NCBI RefSeq assembly: GCF_023283765.1
Contig: NZ_JAKILG010000004.1
Location: 79,513 to 111,512, forward strand
Length of the DNA: 32,000 nucleotides
Direction: 5' to 3'
Source of the DNA: Shewanella profunda
GTDB lineage: Bacteria; Pseudomonadota; Gammaproteobacteria; Enterobacterales; Shewanellaceae
Every line of letters begins with the position of its first letter. Position 1 is the first letter of the stretch. The notes under the pieces were generated by a model. The model did not search any database and had not been told where the DNA came from. It was given only the letters and a program-made list of their open reading frames with translations. This document shows, in pieces, positions 24,201-31,409 of this stretch. Both the position numbers and the translations under genes were made by a program.

Positions 24201-25416
24201 GGCCGAGGGCATTGGTGACAGAGACGCTTCCGTCAGCGTTGTAGCTTACCTGAGTCTTCTCTGCGCCTCCGGCGTGTTCGCTTAGAACCGCCCTCCCCTG
24301 AGCATCATATCCCCATGTGGCGAAACGGTTGCCGTTCTCGTCCACCAGCCCAGAGAGCAAACCAGGTGCGTTCGGGTCATCGTAGAGATAGCTGCGAGTC
24401 GTATTGTCCTGGTAGATCACTTCCGCCAGCTTGCCAGCGCTGTTGTACTGGTACTGAATACTGCCTCCAGCAGGATCGGTGACACTGACCATGCGGCCAT
24501 CCTGATACTGGAACTGGAGGGTGCGGCCAAAGCCGTCAGTGATCGAGGAGAGCTCTCCGTTCAGATAGCTCAGGGTGATGTGATTGCCGTTGGGCTTCTC
24601 GATGCCGGTCAGTCGTCCGGTTTCATCATAGGCCTCAACTACCCCGTCAGATTGTGTGTAGCGCCAGCCGGTAGCCTCTTTGGCTAAGGCGTCATCGGTT
24701 TTCCATGTTGGCACCCATCCAGAGGATGTTTCGTAGAAGGCGAGCTCCTGCCCTTCTGGTCGGTGCAGGACAACCATGTTCTCACCGTACTTCGAGGCGT
24801 TGACCTCGACGCTCCGCGAGTAGGTATGCCGCCAGCCGCCGATCTCTTCATCCGGAAGATGGCTGTTGTAGTACCTGGTGAAAGTGAGCGGGTCTGAACC
24901 GCCGCTTTGATAATCCAGCTCAGCCTGGAACTTGTTGCCGGTGCCGAGATGGATAGGGTTCCCCACACACATGGCTGTTGATGGTAAACCGAGGTCACGG
25001 TCAAGGAATGGCGTATTGTCCATCTCGCCCGGCAAGATGTAGGTTGACCGCCAGTATGCTCCACCAGTACAGGTTTCAGGGTCATAGCTTGCGGTCCCGC
25101 CAACGTACTTGAAGCAGATCCTGGAGGTGTAGCGGCCATCACCATATCCCTCGACCGGATACAGCTTTTCGCTGACGAACTCTCCGTACCCCTTCTCCTC
25201 TTCAATGCGGTAGCTCTTCATGAAGGAATGCGCGTCCATGATGGTGTTGAAGCGCATTGCATCTACTTCGGTGCTCACGGCCACAACCCGCCATTGTGCA
25301 AAAGCGATGCACGGCAAGGTTGCGAGCACCACCACGGCCAATGACCGCAGATTTCGCATCAGTGAAAGGGTAGGTCTCGATCTCATAAACAGCTCCAGTT
25401 GTTGCACTGGAGCCAT
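21208..25416 (-). CDS. Rhs-family (YD-repeat) polymorphic toxin, 1402 aa, with an N-terminal signal peptide and a 148-aa glycine-zipper C-terminal domain
   Basis: Many YD repeats (YDETGRL, YDAQGRA, YDANGRA, YDARGRL, YDAAHRL, YDALNRI, YDAVGRI, YDSQNRL). N-terminal plug region VGNPIHLGTGNKFQAELDY. Core end [57 protein letters not shown] at 21655 and above, then the CT at 21211-21654. The likely true start is MRSRP (25386) or MRNLRS (25359). Confidence 0.95.
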   Translation of the reverse strand: MAPVQQLELFMRSRPTLSLMRNLRSLAVVVLATLPCIAFAQWRVVAVSTEVDAMRFNTIMDAHSFMKSYRIEEEKGYGEFVSEKLYPVEGYGDGRYTSRICFKYVGGTASYDPETCTGGAYWRSTYILPGEMDNTPFLDRDLGLPSTAMCVGNPIHLGTGNKFQAELDYQSGGSDPLTFTRYYNSHLPDEEIGGWRHTYSRSVEVNASKYGENMVVLHRPEGQELAFYETSSGWVPTWKTDDALAKEATGWRYTQSDGVVEAYDETGRLTGIEKPNGNHITLSYLNGELSSITDGFGRTLQFQYQDGRMVSVTDPAGGSIQYQYNSAGKLAEVIYQDNTTRSYLYDDPNAPGLLSGLVDENGNRFATWGYDAQGRAVLSEHAGGAEKTQVSYNADGSVSVTNALGHVQRYTYSRHNGMLKPDVVEGAPCTGFVGGKETYVYDSKGLVSSITDRAGQKRTFTHNDRGLETTQIDQDGGKVTTDWLPSKSLPAKITEPTRITELTYDTHLRVISRKVTDRSSGASRTWTYTYAPAGTGKPSLLASIDGPRTDVSDVTTFDYDDQGNLIRTTNALGQVTQFGDYDANGRAGTIQGVNGVTQTLTYDARGRLVSSTGPEGTTTYNYDAVGLLSSLTKPNGATVSYEYDAAHRLVAETDGQGNRRELELNDLGNPVEERLLDALGQTRWIEHRIFNEIGWLSSVSDAYSNQSSFSYDVVANLIQETSPSGNAHSYKYDGFHHRTQTTDPLGKVTQVLYKDTGDVYRVSDPRSRLTYYSYNGFGEVTQVRSPDTGTTDITYDEAGNVATRKTAKGQTTSYSYDALNRIIETSTDVAGESPILYGYDEATSPYGIGRLTSVDDGNGVRRFGYTPEGWLAYETWETHGQSLTTQYQYDGAGLVTKITYPSGREVSYTRDSAGDVIEVTTTQAGTTTNLASQIERAPFGPVTSMVRGNGISESRTLDLDYRVTGIDAARVHSLVYRYTPDSLISAIDDNLSSSVNQSLGYDAVGRITSAEGLYGVLGYGYDATGNRTSITTDGLSQSYTINYMNNWLVKAGQTSRSYDANGNLTKQGADTFTYDSQNRLVAATVAGVTVSYTYNHLDQRVTKTLNGHTRLLVYDLAGNLIEELDAATGDVLAEYVWLDGTPLGFVQSGQTYQVHVDHLGTPKALTDASGQVVWKASYSPFGKASITTQGPTFNLRFPGQYYDAETGLHYNWHRYYDPALGRYLQSDRLGLFDGVDTYGYVRANPLRLIDPTGEYGLAGAAYGLISGGIGGYISGGWQGALAGAGTGALVGFVNIFGAHSAGAAAGAGIASLLGQSAGLYVSGKDVTDYCNYDFSAVAGAALGGALGGPLGSTIGRYISPYRFTIIGRPLSSSGINKIPGNTVGSVVEGVTVGSGELFGKGF

Positions 25417-25537
25417 TTTCAGGTAGGTGGGTCGTTTTCAGCGACTGTGTTTCTGCCCTTTTAGGGAATGAAGAGCAGCAAAGCTATGTTTGCGCTGATG
25501 GTGCAAAGTATGGTTGCAGGGTTGCAGGGTTGCGTTG

Positions 25538-26221
25538 TTAGACTTCGTTGTTCCGTCGCAGATTCTCAATGTGAGCTCGGTTAGTCCTCAAACCACGTTG
25601 AAGCCTGAGACTCTGGAGCCTCGCAGAGGCCTCTTCGACATCGAGCACCTTCTGTCCACTGGCAATCATGTCGTTAATGTAGTCCGCCGCTTTCCACCCG
25701 GAAGTGAAGAGAGCTGCTGGTTGTTCTTTGCTTGCCCACTCACATTCCCCGAGCATGACAACCAAGGAATGAATGTTTGCCAACCCGACGTTAGGAAGAA
25801 GAGCCTCGATAGCCTTCACATGCTTGTAGTTCTGACGAAACGGATTCTGGAACTTATAGGTGCTCTTGAAGATTTTCTGGGTCCACTGCTTATCCGATTC
25901 CTTGCCATAAATCCGGCCTTTATAGAACTTTGTCTCGACGACAAATATTCCGGTTGGAGCAATGACAATGTGGTCTACCTGCGTTGTATCCCCTTCTGAA
26001 ACCACCAGTGTGACATCATCCAAAACAACGCACTCCTGCCCACATCGGTTGTGCAGTATTTTTGATAACGCCCACTCTCCGAACCGCCCCTTGATGTTTC
26101 GTGAAAACATTCTTAGAAAAGACGCAGCGACCGCCACCGCGAAAAGCAGCCAGATTAAAGGTTGGCTTATCAATGAAGCCAGAACGCCCCCAAAGAGCTG
26201 GGAAATGAAGTTTTCAGGCAT
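25538..26221 (-). CDS. NERD (nuclease-related domain) protein with an N-terminal transmembrane helix (227 aa)
   Basis: KGRFGEWALSKIL...VVLDDVTL......TQVDHIVIAPTGIFVVETKFYKGRIYG....KQWTQ.......FQNPFRQNYKHVKAIEALL matches the NERD pattern (GxxGE ... D-H ... E-x-K ... W ... NP..Q). Hydrophobic segment LIWLLFAVAVAASFL near the N-terminus. GAGGT RBS. Confidence 0.85.
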   Translation of the reverse strand: MPENFISQLFGGVLASLISQPLIWLLFAVAVAASFLRMFSRNIKGRFGEWALSKILHNRCGQECVVLDDVTLVVSEGDTTQVDHIVIAPTGIFVVETKFYKGRIYGKESDKQWTQKIFKSTYKFQNPFRQNYKHVKAIEALLPNVGLANIHSLVVMLGECEWASKEQPAALFTSGWKAADYINDMIASGQKVLDVEEASARLQSLRLQRGLRTNRAHIENLRRNNEV

Positions 26222-26298
26222 CAGTTACCTCTCAAAGTTATTTTGTTCTCATAGAACCAAAATGGCCCTTGTTTAGAGCCATTTTGTTTATACGTATC

Positions 26299-28779
26299 TC
26301 AGTAAATTGGCCTTACCCTGGGATAGGATTCGATCACCCGCATAATTGGCCCCAGAAAGCCCTTGTACTCCGGCATCCTCAGCCTGCCATCCAAAACCAG
26401 TATGCGACGGTTTTTAGGCTGGTTCTCCAAGCGGATCAGGCGTCCAAGGCCTTGTTTGAAGCGGATAACCGTTTCCATGACTTCCATTGCCCCTTGCTTG
26501 CGGGAGCGAGCCAGACGTGCGTGGTAAGACAATGAACGGTTCAGGCCGAAAGGCAGCTTCGGAATGATGAGCGTGGCGATCACATTATCTTTCTCTGCGA
26601 TTTCCTCATCGCTCAGCCCAATATGCTTGCCGTTGATGTCAAGGCCGGTCCATGCGCCGCCCAATGCAAGCCATAACGGCTTTTCACCAGCTTTCAGAGC
26701 ATTCAGGTAGGCAACCTTCTGCGCTTCTGTCGTAACGTTCCCGTCAGCTTTGACTATTGGGTTATTGAGCCCCCCTAACCTGTCGTAAACGCCTCTCACA
26801 TCGGCAAATGATGTCATCAGGACCAGCGTCCCCCCCTCACCCTGGCCGTGAGCTATCACGATTTGCTCAGCAATGTTATCCAGCCAGGCGCTGTGCATTT
26901 TCTCTCGGCTCTCAGTGGTTTCATCGCTCTGCTTTCGTCCTACCGGAACAAAACGTTCAGCTTGTTCGAGGGCCAAAGGAGGCAGACAAATTTCATGAAC
27001 ATTGCTTTTCAGCCACGGCGGAGTGATAGGCGTATAGGTTTTGAGCCGACGTTCGGGGATAAACAAGTTGTTTGCGAAGTAACTGCATGTGAACCCCCCC
27101 ATTTTAGGGAAATACAATGTCGCACTGATACAGATGGCCGCAGAAACCTGCTGCCAAATTGTTCGCATATAAGGCTGGGTATTGATCTCACCAGAGATGA
27201 TTTGCGGATACCGTTTCACTGGGGAGAATGTCAGCCCAAAGTGGTAGTGAGGTGAGTCAGCCTTATCAATCGCATATTGAAGCGTTCTGATCTGGGCCTT
27301 CAAGGAACCAGGTAATTTCCGGTAGTTCTTGGTTGACTTAACGAGGTTGACAATACGGCTTAACGCATGGAAATACTCAACCCCAGGAGTCAGGGATACC
27401 TTACCAGCTTCTTTATCTTGATCATCCGCATTGATGATGATGCTGGCCTCCTTTTTTATGTCCTTCATCTTCCCGGCTGGAATGATCCCCGCGTTACTAT
27501 GGGACTCCAGTTCTTTGATGAAAGACCGGAACGAGAGGTTGTCACTGATCATTCGGGACGCGGTTTCCTCAAGAAGATGCGCTTCATCGACAAAGAGGAA
27601 CTGATACATAGGCAACAAACCAATGTCATTGTTCTGGTACACCTCCTTGGATAGAAGGTCTTCTCTTCTTTGTAGCTCGTCTATGTCTTCTTTCAAGATG
27701 CGCTTGGCCTCATCCGTCGCCTTACCCAGCGCCTCGATTCGAGATGATATATCCCGCTTGGTAGCCTTCAACTCGTCGGTCAAGTCATGCTCGCTCTGTG
27801 CGATCCTGATGCGTCGAGTTTTAGCATCTATGGCAAGCATTGCGTGGGTACAGAGCACGATTTCAGGGTAAACATCTTCTCGCACGAACTGACTTTTATA
27901 GGCCAGATACCCTGGGTCTTCGCTCGATGCGTCCACCCCCAGCACGACCTCAGACGTAGCAGCATTGGGGAAAAGGCTGACCAGCTCATCAAGCAAATAT
28001 GCGGGAGCGGCGTCGATTTCACGCTCTTGAAGCAGGCCGGTTTGCATCCATCGTTCGACAGCATGGAGGACTTCTTGAGGGATCTCGTCATCGGCCAGAT
28101 ACCGGCGCAGTTTGTCCACACTCACGAAGCTGTTTCTTCCCAACACAACCCTAAGCGGAACCATCTCCACACCAGCCGCCACCAGTCGCTCATAGGTCTT
28201 AGCCATCTGCTGGATGTTGCTTATGGTGTTTGTTGCGATAACAGAGCGCTGCCCTTTTGCAGCGGCGATCTGATTAGCACTGGCAAGGATGGTCAGCGTC
28301 TTACCTATCCCTGTTCCACCTTCGACCATGCCGATGCCCCCTTTGGCGAGGGTGTCATTTATCGCATCCGCCAAGATGAGCTGCTCCTTTCTTGGCCTCA
28401 TCGCAAGGGGATTCAGATAGACGTCCATCATGTGCTCACTTTCTTCCGAGGTAAGCTGGTGATTGACGTAGAGCTCCTTTTCGATCCCAGCGCTCAAAAT
28501 ATAAAAAAGCAGTAGCCCCTCAGGCTGTTTATGCTCTCGCATCAGCGTTCTTATTTTGGCGCTGACTTGCTGGGGGAACGTCAGGTTGTAGTGGAATGCG
28601 ACACTCCCCTCATCGCTCTGGGCATCCATCTTCGGCCCGAGTCCCCTCTCTATCGCATCGACGATGATTTTCTTCGCAACATCTGCGACTTTTTTTTGAT
28701 CATCCTTGCTAAGGATGTCTGCTGTGTTGTCAGGCAATAGCGCTTGGGCGAGCTGCTGCGGAATCTTAACCTTCGCCAT
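26299..28779 (-). CDS. dinG: DinG/XPD-type SF2 helicase, interpreted as CasDinG (Csf4) of a type IV-A CRISPR-Cas system (826 aa)
   Basis: Walker A GGTGIGKT at aa 154-161, DEAH box FVDEAHLLEE, C-terminal motif VI FKQGLGRLIR. No four-Cys Fe-S cluster between motifs I and II. An N-terminal domain of about 125 aa precedes the helicase core. Divergent from four RAMP/Csf-like genes. Confidence 0.8.
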   Translation of the reverse strand: MAKVKIPQQLAQALLPDNTADILSKDDQKKVADVAKKIIVDAIERGLGPKMDAQSDEGSVAFHYNLTFPQQVSAKIRTLMREHKQPEGLLLFYILSAGIEKELYVNHQLTSEESEHMMDVYLNPLAMRPRKEQLILADAINDTLAKGGIGMVEGGTGIGKTLTILASANQIAAAKGQRSVIATNTISNIQQMAKTYERLVAAGVEMVPLRVVLGRNSFVSVDKLRRYLADDEIPQEVLHAVERWMQTGLLQEREIDAAPAYLLDELVSLFPNAATSEVVLGVDASSEDPGYLAYKSQFVREDVYPEIVLCTHAMLAIDAKTRRIRIAQSEHDLTDELKATKRDISSRIEALGKATDEAKRILKEDIDELQRREDLLSKEVYQNNDIGLLPMYQFLFVDEAHLLEETASRMISDNLSFRSFIKELESHSNAGIIPAGKMKDIKKEASIIINADDQDKEAGKVSLTPGVEYFHALSRIVNLVKSTKNYRKLPGSLKAQIRTLQYAIDKADSPHYHFGLTFSPVKRYPQIISGEINTQPYMRTIWQQVSAAICISATLYFPKMGGFTCSYFANNLFIPERRLKTYTPITPPWLKSNVHEICLPPLALEQAERFVPVGRKQSDETTESREKMHSAWLDNIAEQIVIAHGQGEGGTLVLMTSFADVRGVYDRLGGLNNPIVKADGNVTTEAQKVAYLNALKAGEKPLWLALGGAWTGLDINGKHIGLSDEEIAEKDNVIATLIIPKLPFGLNRSLSYHARLARSRKQGAMEVMETVIRFKQGLGRLIRLENQPKNRRILVLDGRLRMPEYKGFLGPIMRVIESYPRVRPIY

Positions 28780-28796
28780 AATCTTTCCTCTACGAG

Positions 28797-28825
28797 TTGA
28801 CTTGGTAAAATCTTACTGATACGCT
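28797..28825 (+). promoter_or_regulatory. Candidate sigma-70 promoter for the csf operon (TTGACT-17 nt-TACGCT)
   Basis: Seen in the 78-bp divergent spacer between the dinG and csf5 starts, about 30 nt upstream of the GTG start and its AAGAGGAG RBS. Confidence 0.3.
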
Positions 28826-28857
28826 CTTTATAAGTCAAGAAAAGAGGAGCACCAGCG

Positions 28858-29559
28858 GTGAACCAATACATGCTCAAACTATGCCTCCCAAGAGGCATAA
28901 GCATTGGCCCCAACGAGCTGCGGGAGGCCACTGCGAAAGTCCTGAACGGTCAGGAGAACTGCCATCGTTTTTTTCACTATGACGAAAACGGCAAACCCTT
29001 AAATGAAAAGCCTGCCTACAGGTTTGTTGGTGGTAAAGGGTTCGTCGGCTTTGTCAGTGAACGGAGCGAGGAAGACATCAAGGACCTTATGTATCCGGTG
29101 CTCCAGGCCATACAAACACCCAAGTTGTTTTCAATGCTCAACGGCTTAATGCCGAAGGTGCAAATTCTGCAATTCGAGAAGAAGGCTTTTGTTACTCAGG
29201 AGCCTAACGTTTATCTCGTGTCGCGTTGTATCGACAAAAAGGAGCATCGGAAGGCGCTCGGTGAGGAAGGTCGTCTGACCGTGCTATTCAAAAGCATGTT
29301 GGCACAAGCGGTTAAGGAAGGAGTTCTTACAGCTCTTCCGGATGACCAGGACCTTCAACTTCAATTCGCTTCTGTACGTGATCTTGGGCTGGAAACCCAA
29401 TTCCAAAACCAGAACAAGAAGTGGATGCACATGATGCACGCTCAGTTTATTGCCAATATTGATCTCCAAGGTATTTGGCAAATGGGCGGCATGACATCTC
29501 GCGGCCACGGCCTCATTTTCAAGCAAAACAAAAAGGGGGTATTTCAATCATGCCTCTGA
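28858..29559 (+). CDS. csf5: Cas6-like RAMP protein, Csf5-type (233 aa, GTG start)
   Basis: The position (first gene, before csf1), the size, and the C-terminal glycine-rich loop GGMTSRGHGLIF are typical of Cas6-family RAMPs. AAGAGGAG RBS 8 nt before the GTG. Confidence 0.55.
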   Translation: MNQYMLKLCLPRGISIGPNELREATAKVLNGQENCHRFFHYDENGKPLNEKPAYRFVGGKGFVGFVSERSEEDIKDLMYPVLQAIQTPKLFSMLNGLMPKVQILQFEKKAFVTQEPNVYLVSRCIDKKEHRKALGEEGRLTVLFKSMLAQAVKEGVLTALPDDQDLQLQFASVRDLGLETQFQNQNKKWMHMMHAQFIANIDLQGIWQMGGMTSRGHGLIFKQNKKGVFQSCL

Positions 29560-30296
29560 CAGTTTCGCAAATGATTGCCAAGTATCACCCCATCAATATG
29601 GTCAGCAGCACTCATGCAGACCATGACTCACACTGCGGTATCTGCGGAGGTGCCATCAAAGCTGGTGATGCCTGTGACGAGATGGTGTTAACCAAAACCT
29701 TTACCAATCAAAATGATTTGGCTGACATGTCAGCACCATACCGTTGTGTTGGCTGCGCCTCTATCATGGCCGATGGCCGCTTCCAAATGCAGCTATCCAG
29801 TGTTGTTATCACACCGCAAGCCATTTACCCGTTTGCCAAAAAGGTTGATCGCGGCTTTTTCCTAATCAACCCGCCAGAGCCTCCTTTTGCGATGGTGATA
29901 GGAGTTAGCAAGCAGCAGCACGTTGTATGGCGCTCGCCCATAAACCTAAACAACAGACGGTTCCAGATCCAGCTTGGTGATGATCGCGTCGCTATACGCC
30001 ATTCGCGCTTAATGGACGCAGTGAACGCGGTCAAGTCCATACACACTTGTGATATTTCGGAAATCATCGGCAAAAAAAACAAAGTCAAGGAGAACGCCTC
30101 CCCCTTTACTTTTAGCGATATGAAGTCTGCTCGCTCAAGACAAAGTGAGTGGGCATGGTGGGCCTTGTTGCTACGCCAAGAAGGGAAGCATGACGCAGAG
30201 TTCAAAGTGCTGGACGAACTGACTGCTGATGAGGCATGGGCGCTCGATTTTTGCCTCGCTGACGATATAAAAAAACCTGAACCAATTTTGCTATAA
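29550..30296 (+). CDS. csf1: Csf1-like (Cas8-like) small 'large subunit' with an N-terminal zinc finger (248 aa from ATG 29550)
   Basis: HCGICGG...(about 35 aa)...RCVGCAS forms a treble-clef-type CxxC/CxxC pair near the N-terminus, as in Csf1. The ATG overlaps the csf5 stop (ATGCCTCTGA) behind AAGGGGG. The ORF-track start at 29475 is an in-frame upstream extension. Confidence 0.6.
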   Translation: MPLTVSQMIAKYHPINMVSSTHADHDSHCGICGGAIKAGDACDEMVLTKTFTNQNDLADMSAPYRCVGCASIMADGRFQMQLSSVVITPQAIYPFAKKVDRGFFLINPPEPPFAMVIGVSKQQHVVWRSPINLNNRRFQIQLGDDRVAIRHSRLMDAVNAVKSIHTCDISEIIGKKNKVKENASPFTFSDMKSARSRQSEWAWWALLLRQEGKHDAEFKVLDELTADEAWALDFCLADDIKKPEPILL

Positions 30297-30314
30297 CACC
30301 TGGAGACACATCGA

Positions 30315-31403
30315 ATGAACAGCATCAATATCGTTTTGACTACTACCTCTCCCTGGTATGTCGCTTATCCTGAAAATGAATCGAAAGAATTAAAAGGGGT
30401 ATCTCTGACGCAGAAGAAGTCTGTGTTTGGTCAGCAAGTTCCTTGTTATCTCGGTAACGGCCTCCGAGGCCAGTTCCGTCGTAGCATCGGTCAGTTGATC
30501 ATCGACTCCTTGCGTGGACGAGGAGAGACTATCCCTGCAAACGTGTTTATTGGCTTGCAAACGGGTTCCGCATCGGCTCAGCCGGATAAATCCATGAATA
30601 GCGTCGAAGAGCTGACTCGTTCCGCACAGCATGTTTACATGGGCTTGTTCGGTGGTGGGGCTCGGACATTACGCAGCCGCTATAGCGTATCGGACATCAC
30701 CCCTATTCTCCATTGCACTGTCGAGACAAATGAAATTGTCGCCCCCAAAGGGATGGTGGATGAGGTTCTGGACAGCCTCCACTACACCGTTAAAGAAGAT
30801 GGGAAAGAAACCCAGAAGATCATAGAAGGCTGGCAGTTGATCGAAAAACGCTGGTTCACTAAGGTTGACGACTTTGAACGCGGTAATGTCACCTTTGAAT
30901 TGCTTGATGCCATTGAAAACGGCACCGAAGCTGTATCTGAGTACCTCTCTGGCAATGCAGAAAACAGCAAGCAACGTAAAGCGGCAAAAAGCTCGGAAGG
31001 GAATGAAGTCGTTAAAAAAACATCTGTCGCCAACATGCTCGGTTTTGAGACCATCAAGACGGGCGTTAAGATGCACTTCCGAGTTGATTTCGATTCCACT
31101 GTTACGAAAGCACAGTTTGGTGCCCTTCTGTTGGCCCTTGAAGCCTGGGTGAACCGCAACTATGTCGGTGGCTGGGGCCGAACCAATTTTGGACGCTTCA
31201 AGATTGACGCCATCCGCATCGACTCTGACCGCTTTGAGATCTTTGAAAGCTATACCAGTGAAGCTCTCTACACTGAGGGGAAATTCACGCTTGCCAATAT
31301 GGCTGATGACATCAAATCCCATGTGGCGGCCTGCAAATCTGAGATCGAAGCAGTTGAGCGCGATGAGATCGTCAGCTACTTCACCAACCTGGTAAAGGCA
31401 TAA
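30315..31403 (+). CDS. csf2: Cas7-family RAMP backbone protein, Csf2-type (362 aa)
   Basis: The N-terminal strand INIVLTTTSPWYV, followed by GNGLRGQFRRSIG (the G..LRG..R motif of Cas7/Csm3-like RAMPs), and the C-terminal G-rich loop YVGGWGRTNFGRF. Confidence 0.65.
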   Translation: MNSINIVLTTTSPWYVAYPENESKELKGVSLTQKKSVFGQQVPCYLGNGLRGQFRRSIGQLIIDSLRGRGETIPANVFIGLQTGSASAQPDKSMNSVEELTRSAQHVYMGLFGGGARTLRSRYSVSDITPILHCTVETNEIVAPKGMVDEVLDSLHYTVKEDGKETQKIIEGWQLIEKRWFTKVDDFERGNVTFELLDAIENGTEAVSEYLSGNAENSKQRKAAKSSEGNEVVKKTSVANMLGFETIKTGVKMHFRVDFDSTVTKAQFGALLLALEAWVNRNYVGGWGRTNFGRFKIDAIRIDSDRFEIFESYTSEALYTEGKFTLANMADDIKSHVAACKSEIEAVERDEIVSYFTNLVKA

Positions 31404-31409
31404 GGTGAC

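Noticed and set aside
22129-25205. ORFs antisense to or out of frame with rhs (22129..22425, 23896..24285, 23909..24097, 24000..24212, 24684..25205, 21678..21917, 21778..21975)
   Set aside because: All lie entirely inside the 1402-aa Rhs reading frame. The GC-rich repetitive rhs core generates long stop-free alternative frames. They have no RBS or motif support.
25512-25535. Three tandem copies of an 8-mer (ggttgcag ggttgcag ggttgcgt) straddling the NERD stop codon (TAA at 25538-25540; the last 8-mer falls in the final two codons)
   Set aside because: Too short and isolated to interpret. It may be a slippage product or a minor binding site. Noted only for completeness.
25514-25999. 161-aa plus-strand ORF opposite the NERD gene, and 25962..26276
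   Set aside because: The NERD frame carries the full motif set and an RBS. The antisense ORFs have none.
27787-28515. 242-aa ORF (and the smaller ones at 26808..27255, 27367..27871, 28531..28740) opposite dinG
   Set aside because: Fully embedded antisense in a helicase gene with clear motifs. The composition is low-complexity and no motifs are present.
29825-31322. ORFs antisense to csf1/csf2 (29825..30328, 30669..31322, 30782..31159, 30390..30632) and alternative-frame ORFs (30631..30825, 30865..31152, 31162..31395, 31492..31839)
   Set aside because: They overlap the tightly coupled plus-strand csf operon, which has RBSs and RAMP motifs. None has independent support.
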